DNA from: Alphaproteobacteria bacterium
GTDB taxonomy: Bacteria > Pseudomonadota > Alphaproteobacteria > Rs-D84
Direction: 5' to 3'
Length of the DNA stretch: 64,000 nt
NCBI GenBank assembly: GCA_046881825.1
Contig: JBKSMS010000009.1
Location: 5,307-69,306 of the forward strand
This document shows, piece by piece, positions 9,632-18,471 of this stretch; the first letter of the stretch is position 1; the number at the start of each line of letters is the position of its first letter. The position numbers and the translations under genes are program-made. The notes below the pieces were generated by a model that saw only the letters and a program-made list of their open reading frames with translations, had not been told where the DNA came from and ran no database searches.

Positions 9632-10822
9632 ATGAAAATATCACGCAGACAAGTTTTAAAAACAGTAAGTTTTTCTGCTTTGGTTATAGGATTGGCGCCA
9701 CGGGTTGTGTTCGCCACGCCTAATGCGTTGCGTGCTGTGCGAACTGGGGCGCAACCTGGTAAAAAAACTAGATTGGTTATTGAAACTGCATCGCGACCAT
9801 CTTATACATTGTCTTATGGTGACAAACAATTGATTGTTAATTTGTCTAATACAAACGGTAAATCAGATATTCAACCTAAATTAGCAAGTGGGACTTTGAT
9901 AAAACGGATTACGCAAATTCAAGAAGGTGCTGTATTAAAGGTTGTTGCGACATTATCTTCTGCTATAGATGCAATTGATAAAAAACAAATAATGTTATTG
10001 AAACCAAATGGCGATAATGATTATCGTTTAGTTATTGATTTTGCAGCCGGAACTGGCAAGGGGATAGTTGAAAAATCAACTGTGGCAAAGTCTGCGACTA
10101 CACAGCCAAAGACAGAAATTAAAACAAGCAAATATTCATCAAACAATAAACACATTATTGTTATTGACCCGGGACATGGTGGCAAAGATCCTGGGTGCAT
10201 TGGAAGGGGCGGAACCAAAGAAAAAATTGTGGTTTTGTCTGTTGCTAAAAAATTAAAAAAATCGTTGGATGCCGCGGGGTATAAGACATTTTTGACTCGT
10301 TCTTCTGATTCTTTCTTGAAATTGGCAGACAGGGCGGAATTTGCTGAAAAGAAAAAGGCTGATTTGTTCATATCTTTGCATGCCAATGCTAACCCAAGCC
10401 GCAATGTAAAGGGATTTTCTGTTTATACTTTATCAGAAAAAGCTTCAGACGAAGAGGCACAAAAATTGGCTGAATCTGAAAACGCTGCTGATAAAATAGA
10501 TGTAAGTGGTTTCGAACAATTTTCCAAAGACATTCGTGTTGCGCTGTCATCGTTACAACAACACGCAGTTGCGGAATTAAGCGAAGAATACGCAAACAGT
10601 TGTGCCAGGTCATTAAATCGTGCATCTATTGAACAACAAAAAGGGCCAGCGGTTCGTCATGCGCCATTTGCAGTGTTGCGTTCAACTGTCCCCGGTGCTT
10701 TGATTGAATTGGGACATTTGTCTAATAAAACAGAAGAAAATCTTTTGAAATCTGATTCTCATCAAAACAAATTGGTCGCTGCTATTGTAAAATCAATCAA
10801 TTCATATGATTTTGATGTTTAA
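9632..10822 (+). CDS. amiC: N-acetylmuramoyl-L-alanine amidase (AMIN + Amidase_3), Tat signal
   Basis: MKISRRQVLK twin-arginine leader; TRLVIE (AMIN); IDPGHGGKDPG, EK, FISLHAN, LIELGHLSN. Confidence 0.92.
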   Translation: MKISRRQVLKTVSFSALVIGLAPRVVFATPNALRAVRTGAQPGKKTRLVIETASRPSYTLSYGDKQLIVNLSNTNGKSDIQPKLASGTLIKRITQIQEGAVLKVVATLSSAIDAIDKKQIMLLKPNGDNDYRLVIDFAAGTGKGIVEKSTVAKSATTQPKTEIKTSKYSSNNKHIIVIDPGHGGKDPGCIGRGGTKEKIVVLSVAKKLKKSLDAAGYKTFLTRSSDSFLKLADRAEFAEKKKADLFISLHANANPSRNVKGFSVYTLSEKASDEEAQKLAESENAADKIDVSGFEQFSKDIRVALSSLQQHAVAELSEEYANSCARSLNRASIEQQKGPAVRHAPFAVLRSTVPGALIELGHLSNKTEENLLKSDSHQNKLVAAIVKSINSYDFDV

Positions 10823-10835
10823 GAAATTTGAATAT

Positions 10836-10864
10836 AAAAAACCGCGTTTATCGCGGTTTTTTTT
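10836..10864. terminator. Bidirectional intrinsic terminator
   Basis: AAAAAACCGCG-TTTAT-CGCGGTTTTTTTT between convergent genes. Confidence 0.85.
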
Positions 10865-10867
10865 GTT

Positions 10868-13800
10868 TTATTTTGTTATAATCGAATCATCGTACGCGTT
10901 ATACAAATCTCCGTTGTACAAGATGTTTATTTGTTTGTTTGATTCTTTGGTCATGTTTACAGCTTCGTCCCCATCTTGTTTTTGTGTCATCTTTAGATAA
11001 TATTTTTTGTTTCCATTGCCAACAGCCAATGACGGAGAAGTTTGTTTTGTTTGTGACAAACACGCAGCATCATTACCAATATGCAGGAATTTTCCAGAAT
11101 CACACACGAATTCTTCTTCGGTCCATTGGGCATAAAGAGTTTTATTACCTGATGACCAAGGTCCGTTAATGGTGTCTTTGACCATGGCGTTTGTTGTGCA
11201 ATTTGGTGTATCTATGCACCATCCGTCAAAGATATATCTATCTTTGGTCGCAGATTGCAGTTGTATAGTTTCATCTTCAACAGTAAATGTTCCGGTAAAC
11301 AATTCTGTTTCGCCATCCATATATGTTATAGTGTAAATTTCTGGTTCGCATGTTGTTGTACCATTTATTTCTTTTTCAATATAACCATCTGGACAAGAAG
11401 TAAAAGACCACTGGGCATATAAATCTAGGTCATAAAGAGTTTCTGCCGGATTTATCATGAATGATTGAACAGGGTTATTACAATTATCTTCACCAACACA
11501 CCAACCAACGAAATCTTCCCAAACGCGATTTTGAGGGTTGCTAATTGTAAACGACGAATCTTCTACTGTGTAAGAAAGTGGATGATTTGCGCCTGTCGCC
11601 CAATCAATATTATCAACATTGTGATAAGTTATTCCATATGTATTCAGGACACATTCTCCAGATTGCTTTGTGTATCCATCGTAACATTCAACATTCATTT
11701 CACACGAATATGTTTCGCCAGGATGTATTGTGCCACTGGGTTGCCCAGAAACTAAAGTGCAACTTGCATGTGCAGGGCAATCGTTGTCACAACTCCAATT
11801 ATAGTAACACGAATTTAAGCCACCTGTATTTTCTTCAACTGAAGTAAATGGATAGTCGGTTGGACATGAAAAACATTGCGCAGAATCAAGATATTGACCG
11901 GCGTGACATGCAATCGCATCCCAATTTGCCCACATCACGATATTTGTTCCCGAACCGTCTGGTGTTGGGATAGAATAACTTGTCACCAATTGTTCGTCTG
12001 TGCAATTATTAGTTTCGCCAACACACCATCCCTTGAAAGTTGCATACACAGTATTTGACGGATTAGATTCTGGCACAGTCAATGGCGTATCAGATACACG
12101 GTATGTTGCGGGCGTCAAATTTGACAACACTGTCCCATCATTGTTTTTGTATGTAATATTGTAACTTGTTTCACCCCAATTCGCGGTGCAAGTTGAATTG
12201 TCTGCAATGAGCCACGTATCGCCGGCTGGGTCAAGACCATTTGTACATGACCAAGAAGTTATTGAATAATTATCCCGTGGTTTACATATATTATCCAAAG
12301 AATACGAACCATCATAATATACAGAAACAGTTGCGGTTTGTCCGTCTGCTAAGTCCCCATCACCACAATCGCGAGTAAACTCGAAAGTCTGTGCAGTCCA
12401 TTGTGCGGTGCAAACCATGTTACTATCAAATCCATATTCAATTACGGCTTCGTTGGCAAGGTCCTCTTCGTATGTTTGATCATCGTCATATACAGCAGAA
12501 CAATGCCACCCTGCAAAATCATAACCAGTTATGCTGAAACCATTAGCGGTTAATTTAACGGTATCTTCATGATTTATTGGTTCGTCAGAATCTTCGCCGT
12601 AATTCACAGTTGTCTGATTCGGCATTTTACCTGTGAAACCAGTTGTTCTATCGCCAGCTTTGCCGTGCAAGAATTCTATGTGATAAGGTGTTGCATTCCA
12701 TTTTGCGTAAAAATCAAAACGAGGTGGTTCATTATTTGGAACTTCTGTGCTTAAAATTTCGGTGACAGGGTCCCCTTCAAATGCGCCATTATTATACCAA
12801 CCAGCAAAATCATAGTGTGGTATGTCATATGTGTTAGGCAGATTCGTATCAACACCATACGTGTGTATTATTGGCAGACTAAAGCTAGATGCTTGTCCAT
12901 CACTGAGCTCATTTTCACCATCATGATATTTTATAGGATATGTATCTGGATCGCATCCCGTCTCTGCATCATTTGAATGATAATTGGTATTACAAGTAAA
13001 TGTAAAGCTGCATGATGGCATGGCTTCGTCAGAACTAATTTCGCGATAATAATCTCTATTGTTTTCATCTATGTTGTCATAGTCGCAAGTTGAATGTTCT
13101 GGACAATCTGCAATTTCTGCTGGGCATACTGCGTAGCAATCATTTACTGTCGTAGCGGTTGTGCCGTCTGCAAATGGATAATAGCCATTTGTTTCATCGC
13201 TGCAAGAGTAGCATGTTCCGCCGCGTTCTGGCAAATAATAACCATCTTCGCAAGATACGCGTGTCCATTGTGCATAAAGATACCAATCTTTGCCAGGTAT
13301 TGGATGTATTCCTTCGACAAGTTGATTGTTTTCAAAATTATACCAACCATCAAATTCAAAATGCTCTCTTATCGGTTCTTCTGCCAGTGTTATGTTGGCA
13401 GTTTCAACAGTGAATGTGTCTGTATAATAAGGATTATCATCATCGGGATTTGTAGTATCATGGTCTTTGTATTGTGCATAATATTTTATTGTATATTCAA
13501 TAGGTTCCCATTGTCCGACCAGTATTACTGGTTGTGTATAAATCTTGTCTTCATCGTCTTTGTCATACTGTGCATTAATAGAGGTAATAGGTGTTTCTGA
13601 AAGTGCATTTCCATTATTATCATACACACCCCAACCGATAAAATTGTATCCAGGATTATCATCATCATCCAAATTTGGTAATTCTGTCACTTCAGCATAA
13701 GTATATTGTGTCGGTAAACCTAAACCACTTATTTCTTGGGCAGTAAGCGAAACAGGCGGGTCACTTTCATAGTTTTCATTGTTAAGATAATATGTTATGT

Positions 13801-15472
13801 TATAACTCGCTGCTTGCCAATGTGCATAAAGATGAACATCTTCTGTAGTATTTGGTGCAATCGTATAAGATTGATTTGCATTTTGTTCTAATACTTCATC
13901 ACTGCAATCATTGTCTATACTATTGCACCAAGCATAAAAATCGTATTGTGCGCTTGATGCCATCGCCGGCGGTATAGTCAGCCCATTATCATTGATATCT
14001 TCAACAGTAAATTCATGAAGATTATCTTCGTTAAGGTCGCGGTCTTCTAACCATGAAGTATCAAAGTTTACATTTGTATCACTGCTGTAATAGTGCACAT
14101 AATATTTATGTGTATCCCACAGGGCAGTACAAGTCATATTACCAGCATAATTATAGTTCGCTATGACATAATTGCCATTGTTGTCTTTTGTTGGTTGGAC
14201 AGATTCAGGTTCTCCATCAACAACACAATTCCAACCAGCGAAATCATATCCTGTTCTTTCAAACGCATTTTCACTTAATACAACATTTGTCTGGTCATAA
14301 TACACATCCTGATTTTCCATAGAACCAGGGTTATTATTTATCACCACATCAACTGTTCCTGGTTCAAAGCTAATAGTTGTTTTCCATCTTGCATAAAAAG
14401 TCTTGTCGCCATAAGAACCTGTTGGTATTGTCTGTGTTCGCGCACATTTTGTTTCGTCTGTTGGGTTTGTGGTCTCTTCACACCAGCCATCAAACACAAA
14501 TGGATCCATATTGTTCAAATCTGGGATGGTTACAGTTTTATACACAATTGAATACAGTGCTTCTGGTTCTGATACCCAAGTTGCCTTTTCGAACCGTTTT
14601 TCGTATGTTACATCATATTTTTCAATATTACACGCAGAATACCTGCCAAACACCTGTGCACGGAAAAAGCTGTTATCGCCCTTCATCGCACTAACACAGT
14701 CAGCCGCGCACTTGTCGGCACAACGGTCAGCGACTGAAGGATAGTTAAGTTTGTTATCATATGTCTTCAAATATACCCACGGACTATCTGTGGTTTGTTG
14801 TGATCCATCACTTGATTCAAAATTCATCATTTTACACCAACAATGACCGCCACTGTCATTTGTGTTACCAATATTGTTTGTCTCAGAATATTCAATGGCA
14901 TCAGGTGGTGTTAAACCATCATCTGCCATGCAACCAGATTTACCATACACCACATACCACGGATTTATTACGGTAGCTCCAGATATACCATCAGCAAAAA
15001 GCAATCCCCAGATTCCCTTTTCGCCATTATCTTTTATTCCCGGAACATAATCGTTTTTACCATCGTTGCCTGTTGTGACTTGAGTGCGACTACTTATATA
15101 GGCAGTCAATGACCCTTTTGTTCCAAGACTTGGGTCCAACATCCCCGCAGAATCATTGTTTTTACCATATCCAGGATTGCAGGTTTGAGGCACAGGGAAT
15201 TGGTTAAAATACTGGACATAAACAGAACCACCGGTCGAAGTTTGGCTGCCAGAACTAGATACCCTTCGTACATACACATCTGTAGGTGCGTATTCCGAAA
15301 CGCTTGCCGGTGCAGATTTAGCCAAGACAGACCGAAGCTCTTGACCCGAAGGAAAACTTGTCACAGCATACACATTTGATACACCAAACGTCAAAACGAC
15401 CGCAAACAACGCAGTTTTAAAAAATGTTAAAACACGCGCAAATCTAGGCACATTAACCCCTTTCCATAACAT
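10868..15472 (-). CDS. Large exported repeat protein (InlB B-repeat/Flg_new-like units, Cys-rich modules, conserved C-terminal domain)
   Basis: Signal peptide (...VSNVYA); repeated Y-x-I-x-Y ... F-x-GW ... LYA-x-W units; C-x-x-G-Y/Q modules; 1534 aa. Confidence 0.85.
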   Translation of the reverse strand: MLWKGVNVPRFARVLTFFKTALFAVVLTFGVSNVYAVTSFPSGQELRSVLAKSAPASVSEYAPTDVYVRRVSSSGSQTSTGGSVYVQYFNQFPVPQTCNPGYGKNNDSAGMLDPSLGTKGSLTAYISSRTQVTTGNDGKNDYVPGIKDNGEKGIWGLLFADGISGATVINPWYVVYGKSGCMADDGLTPPDAIEYSETNNIGNTNDSGGHCWCKMMNFESSDGSQQTTDSPWVYLKTYDNKLNYPSVADRCADKCAADCVSAMKGDNSFFRAQVFGRYSACNIEKYDVTYEKRFEKATWVSEPEALYSIVYKTVTIPDLNNMDPFVFDGWCEETTNPTDETKCARTQTIPTGSYGDKTFYARWKTTISFEPGTVDVVINNNPGSMENQDVYYDQTNVVLSENAFERTGYDFAGWNCVVDGEPESVQPTKDNNGNYVIANYNYAGNMTCTALWDTHKYYVHYYSSDTNVNFDTSWLEDRDLNEDNLHEFTVEDINDNGLTIPPAMASSAQYDFYAWCNSIDNDCSDEVLEQNANQSYTIAPNTTEDVHLYAHWQAASYNITYYLNNENYESDPPVSLTAQEISGLGLPTQYTYAEVTELPNLDDDDNPGYNFIGWGVYDNNGNALSETPITSINAQYDKDDEDKIYTQPVILVGQWEPIEYTIKYYAQYKDHDTTNPDDDNPYYTDTFTVETANITLAEEPIREHFEFDGWYNFENNQLVEGIHPIPGKDWYLYAQWTRVSCEDGYYLPERGGTCYSCSDETNGYYPFADGTTATTVNDCYAVCPAEIADCPEHSTCDYDNIDENNRDYYREISSDEAMPSCSFTFTCNTNYHSNDAETGCDPDTYPIKYHDGENELSDGQASSFSLPIIHTYGVDTNLPNTYDIPHYDFAGWYNNGAFEGDPVTEILSTEVPNNEPPRFDFYAKWNATPYHIEFLHGKAGDRTTGFTGKMPNQTTVNYGEDSDEPINHEDTVKLTANGFSITGYDFAGWHCSAVYDDDQTYEEDLANEAVIEYGFDSNMVCTAQWTAQTFEFTRDCGDGDLADGQTATVSVYYDGSYSLDNICKPRDNYSITSWSCTNGLDPAGDTWLIADNSTCTANWGETSYNITYKNNDGTVLSNLTPATYRVSDTPLTVPESNPSNTVYATFKGWCVGETNNCTDEQLVTSYSIPTPDGSGTNIVMWANWDAIACHAGQYLDSAQCFSCPTDYPFTSVEENTGGLNSCYYNWSCDNDCPAHASCTLVSGQPSGTIHPGETYSCEMNVECYDGYTKQSGECVLNTYGITYHNVDNIDWATGANHPLSYTVEDSSFTISNPQNRVWEDFVGWCVGEDNCNNPVQSFMINPAETLYDLDLYAQWSFTSCPDGYIEKEINGTTTCEPEIYTITYMDGETELFTGTFTVEDETIQLQSATKDRYIFDGWCIDTPNCTTNAMVKDTINGPWSSGNKTLYAQWTEEEFVCDSGKFLHIGNDAACLSQTKQTSPSLAVGNGNKKYYLKMTQKQDGDEAVNMTKESNKQINILYNGDLYNAYDDSIITK

Positions 15473-15578
15473 TCCTAAAAATATTCTAGAAAAAAAGCTA
15501 TATGTAAAGCAAGTGTTTTTTTATCCTTTTTAAATAGTTGATTTTTTGTTTGGCATATATATAATAAAGTCTTGTTGT

Positions 15579-15669
15579 GGAGATATGGCAGAGCTGGTTG
15601 AATGCGCGCGACTCGAAATCGCGTATACGGGCGACCGTATCGAGGGTTCGAATCCCCCTATCTCCGCCA
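15579..15669 (+). tRNA. tRNA-Ser(CGA)
   Basis: GGAGATATGG...CGCGA-CT-CGA-AA-TCGCG, long variable arm, GGTTCGAATCC, TCTCCGCCA. Confidence 0.96.
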
Positions 15670-15680
15670 GTAAAATTAGA

Positions 15681-15713
15681 CATCCCGTGGAATTACCACG
15701 GGATGTTCTTTTT
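15681..15713 (+). terminator. Terminator after tRNA-Ser(CGA)
   Basis: CATCCCGTGG-AATTA-CCACGGGATG followed by TTCTTTTT. Confidence 0.85.
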
Positions 15714-15832
15714 CGCCCCGTTTCCGGCGGTTTTTACACACGACATTACCAGTATATATCATTGTTTTTACCAACTATGCCATATTTTACCATATTTATA
15801 TACCTTACCCAAAAACGCCATGCCAGTTTTGG

Positions 15833-15861
15833 TTGATTTTTTACGCGATTTGTGATATAAT
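15833..15861 (+). promoter_or_regulatory. Sigma70-type promoter for the toxin islet
   Basis: TTGATT-17 bp-TATAAT with an extended -10 TG. Confidence 0.65.
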
Positions 15862-15953
15862 ACAATCAATTTAACAGGCGGCTTTTGTCGTCTTTTTTTG
15901 TTGTTATGACTCGTCTTGCACGAGCTTTTTTTATTTAACAAAAGGAGTTTTAT

Positions 15954-17027
15954 ATGAGTGATATGTGGGAAGGTGCCACTTGGAATGAAAATGGCGAATT
16001 GGTTATAGATGTTTATGCTAACCCACCAGATGTGGAACCAGAAATAAGTGAGTTTGATGAAACTGATGAGGATTTTGAAGATGAAATTGATGAAGAATCA
16101 GATGAAAACGAACCAAAACACACTTATGCCACAATTGATTGTGGTGGTGAATGTGGCGGATGCGTTGCCTTGATTGTTGATGACGAAGTTGTATCAGGAC
16201 CGCCTTTTCATCCGAATTGTAAATGTACATTAAATTTATCCGATATAGAAAACGCAGATTATCATGATTCGAATTTACATCAAGATGTTGCAAGCGATAG
16301 AAGTGTGGATACTCGCGATATCAAATGGTTAAAAAGGGCTTTGGTCAAACTTGGCTACTATACCCCTAATTCCAGAGCAGGAGAATCCGACAAAAAACTA
16401 AACCAATACCCAAATCAAAGATTATTTGATGCAATAGAAAATTTTAGAAAAGAAAATAAAATCAAAGAAACCGGTGCTGTAAAACCAGGTCATTGGACAG
16501 AAGTAAAAATAAATGAAAAAATTGAACAAAAAGAAACAGAAGAAAAAATTATAAATGCAGTATTTGATAAAGACACAGATATTGAACCGGGGCAATATGC
16601 TACATTTAATGGTAAAACATTAACAATATATCAAGACGGTAAACCTGTTATATCTTGGGATGCGGTATCTGGCAATAAAGATTTTCAAAGTTCAGAATAT
16701 CAAAATCTAAAATCAAAAGGCCCAATTCCAGAAGGTATTTATGTAGCTCGACAGGAAAAATTACAATATATAACCCCATATGGATTAGCGGCTGGGCTTA
16801 TAAATAAAGGCACTTGGCCAGGCAGTTTATATTCATGGGGTAGTTCCAGAATAGCACTGGAAGCATCCAAAGAAACCGACACTTTTGACAGAGGTGGTTT
16901 TTATGTCCATGGTGGCTGGGAACCAGGTTCTAATGGTTGTATTGACCTAACATCGCAAATGGATGATTTTACTAAATGGTTTGAAAATAATGGACACGAT
17001 TTAATTGTTAATGTAAAATATGAATGA
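15954..17027 (+). CDS. Putative polymorphic toxin: MuF-like motif + PG-binding-like domain + Tlde1/DUF2778 L,D-transpeptidase-fold domain
   Basis: CGGC...GPPFHPNCKC; DIKWLKRALVKLGYY...LFDAIENFR; SG...KGPIPEGIY...RGGFYVHGG...GSNGCI; SD AAGGAG. Confidence 0.75.
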   Translation: MSDMWEGATWNENGELVIDVYANPPDVEPEISEFDETDEDFEDEIDEESDENEPKHTYATIDCGGECGGCVALIVDDEVVSGPPFHPNCKCTLNLSDIENADYHDSNLHQDVASDRSVDTRDIKWLKRALVKLGYYTPNSRAGESDKKLNQYPNQRLFDAIENFRKENKIKETGAVKPGHWTEVKINEKIEQKETEEKIINAVFDKDTDIEPGQYATFNGKTLTIYQDGKPVISWDAVSGNKDFQSSEYQNLKSKGPIPEGIYVARQEKLQYITPYGLAAGLINKGTWPGSLYSWGSSRIALEASKETDTFDRGGFYVHGGWEPGSNGCIDLTSQMDDFTKWFENNGHDLIVNVKYE

Positions 17028-17326
17028 TGAGTTTTATAGGCAGTTTTTTATCTATGATCTTTGTATTGTTCTTTATGAATGATCTGCACGGTCTTTTAAA
17101 TAACAGCAAATGGGACGGGTTGCTGTGTTTTATATGCAAACACAACTGCCTGATACTTATTGATAAAATTGCATTGGTATTATTTAGTACTATGTTTGTG
17201 ATATTTTCTGTTCAGGTAATAAAGATATATAAGTGGAAATTTTTATTTGTTCCCGTATTGGCTTGCCTTGCATGGTTATTGCTGATGATACTACATTTAC
17301 TAATAGTCTATTTATTTTTTATATAG
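17024..17326 (+). CDS. Small 3-TM membrane protein, candidate immunity protein
   Basis: ATGA overlap with the toxin stop; three hydrophobic segments; very low GC. Confidence 0.65.
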   Translation: MMSFIGSFLSMIFVLFFMNDLHGLLNNSKWDGLLCFICKHNCLILIDKIALVLFSTMFVIFSVQVIKIYKWKFLFVPVLACLAWLLLMILHLLIVYLFFI

Positions 17327-17374
17327 TATTTTAAACAATGGACATGATTTAATTATCAATGTAAAATATTAGGC

Positions 17375-17716
17375 ATGAAACAAAAAATATATCCATTATT
17401 GTATACTGTGGCAATATTCTTGTCTGGGCTTTTTTACATATTTTTATGTGATTTAGCATATTTTGATAGAATAGCAAAAAATGGTGGAATATGGTTGAAT
17501 TCATGTTCTTATTTAACAGGACACTCATAACAGGTATGCATGGCACATTATGATGTGTTGTGTATACTTGGAGTGCTTGGATTGTTAATATGGTTAGGAT
17601 ATATTCTTGTCCCGGTATATAAAAACAAAACGTTTTTTATTCCTTTGCTTGGAATGCCTGTTTTTTTGGTATTTCAATTTGTGTTATGTTCAATACTAAA
17701 AACAGTATGCTTATAA
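17375..17716 (+). pseudogene. Paralogue of the candidate immunity gene with one in-frame TAA
   Basis: MKQKIYPLLYTVAIFLSGLFYIFLCDL...TGHS*(17528-17530)QVCMAHY...VYKNKTFFIPLL...KTVCL*; aligns by eye with 17024-17326. Confidence 0.65.
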
Positions 17717-17887
17717 CATTTTTGTTGTTTTATCCCCAAAAAGTCTATAGTTGGGGGTGTATTCCTGACAACTGAGGGCAATCAACGGGTAAATTCCCTG
17801 TATTTACGCATTTAGGTATGGGAAAGTTAGCAACAGAATTTCTGCCCGCCATGATAAGTTTCTTATTTATGATTTCACATATTTATA

Positions 17888-18058
17888 TTATAATAAATCT
17901 GTTGTACACACAGGTGTAAAATCCATCGGATGTGAAAACAAAATAATCCAATGACCTGCAAAATCATCAGGAAACTTTATAATCCCGTTCGTGGTTTTTG
18001 CAATAAATTTTGGTGCAGTATCGCCAATCAGCGGCAAAATAGAACATTCGTTTCGCAT
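17888..18058 (-). pseudogene. Truncated peroxiredoxin (Prx6-type N-terminus)
   Basis: PLIGDTAPKF...WIILFSHPMDFTPVCTT then a stop after only 56 codons; full-length members are ~200 aa. Confidence 0.85.
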
Positions 18059-18192
18059 AAAAACTCCTTTTGATAACACCAAAAATACTAATGAATAAGC
18101 GGGTTTTGTATAAGATGGTTTTTTAATTGATAAAAAGCTTTATTTTTTGTAAAATATGGTGTTATATATGTGAAACAACAAAGGTATTTATT

Positions 18193-18471
18193 ATGAAACG
18201 TTCAGATATTATTAGAACAATTCAGGTGCAATTCAAAAATATGCGCGCTACAGATGCCGCGATGGTGTTGGATACTGTTGTAGACGAAATGATTTCTTCA
18301 ATAGCTAATGATGACAGAATTGAAATTCGTGGTTTTGGTTCTTTTCAGGTGCGCAAACACTCTACAAAAAATGGCTATAACCCAACAACTGGTGAAACAA
18401 TGATTGTCCCGGCTGGTCGGACGGTTTTATTTAAACCAAGTCGTGATTTAACAAAAAAAATGAATGGATAA
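18193..18471 (+). CDS. HU/IHF family DNA-binding protein (IHF-beta-like)
   Basis: MKRSDII...RIEIRGFGSF...GYNPTTGE...FKPS. Confidence 0.9.
   Translation: MKRSDIIRTIQVQFKNMRATDAAMVLDTVVDEMISSIANDDRIEIRGFGSFQVRKHSTKNGYNPTTGETMIVPAGRTVLFKPSRDLTKKMNG

Noticed and set aside
15498-15855. ORFs across tRNA-Ser(CGA)
   Set aside because: Shadow frames of the tRNA and its terminator.
17528-17530. Recoded stop or alternative genetic code
   Set aside because: TAA is the main stop codon in this window and conserved genes translate properly with code 11; a nonsense mutation or read error is simpler.
17745-17852. 35-codon minus-strand ORF (MAGRNSVANF...)
   Set aside because: No clear SD, no recognisable motif, and not the missing peroxiredoxin half.
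15670-17890. Intact prophage or integrative element
   Set aside because: No integrase, terminase, portal or capsid. The only candidate attR match noticed is CCGCCA at 17846-17851, too short to be meaningful.
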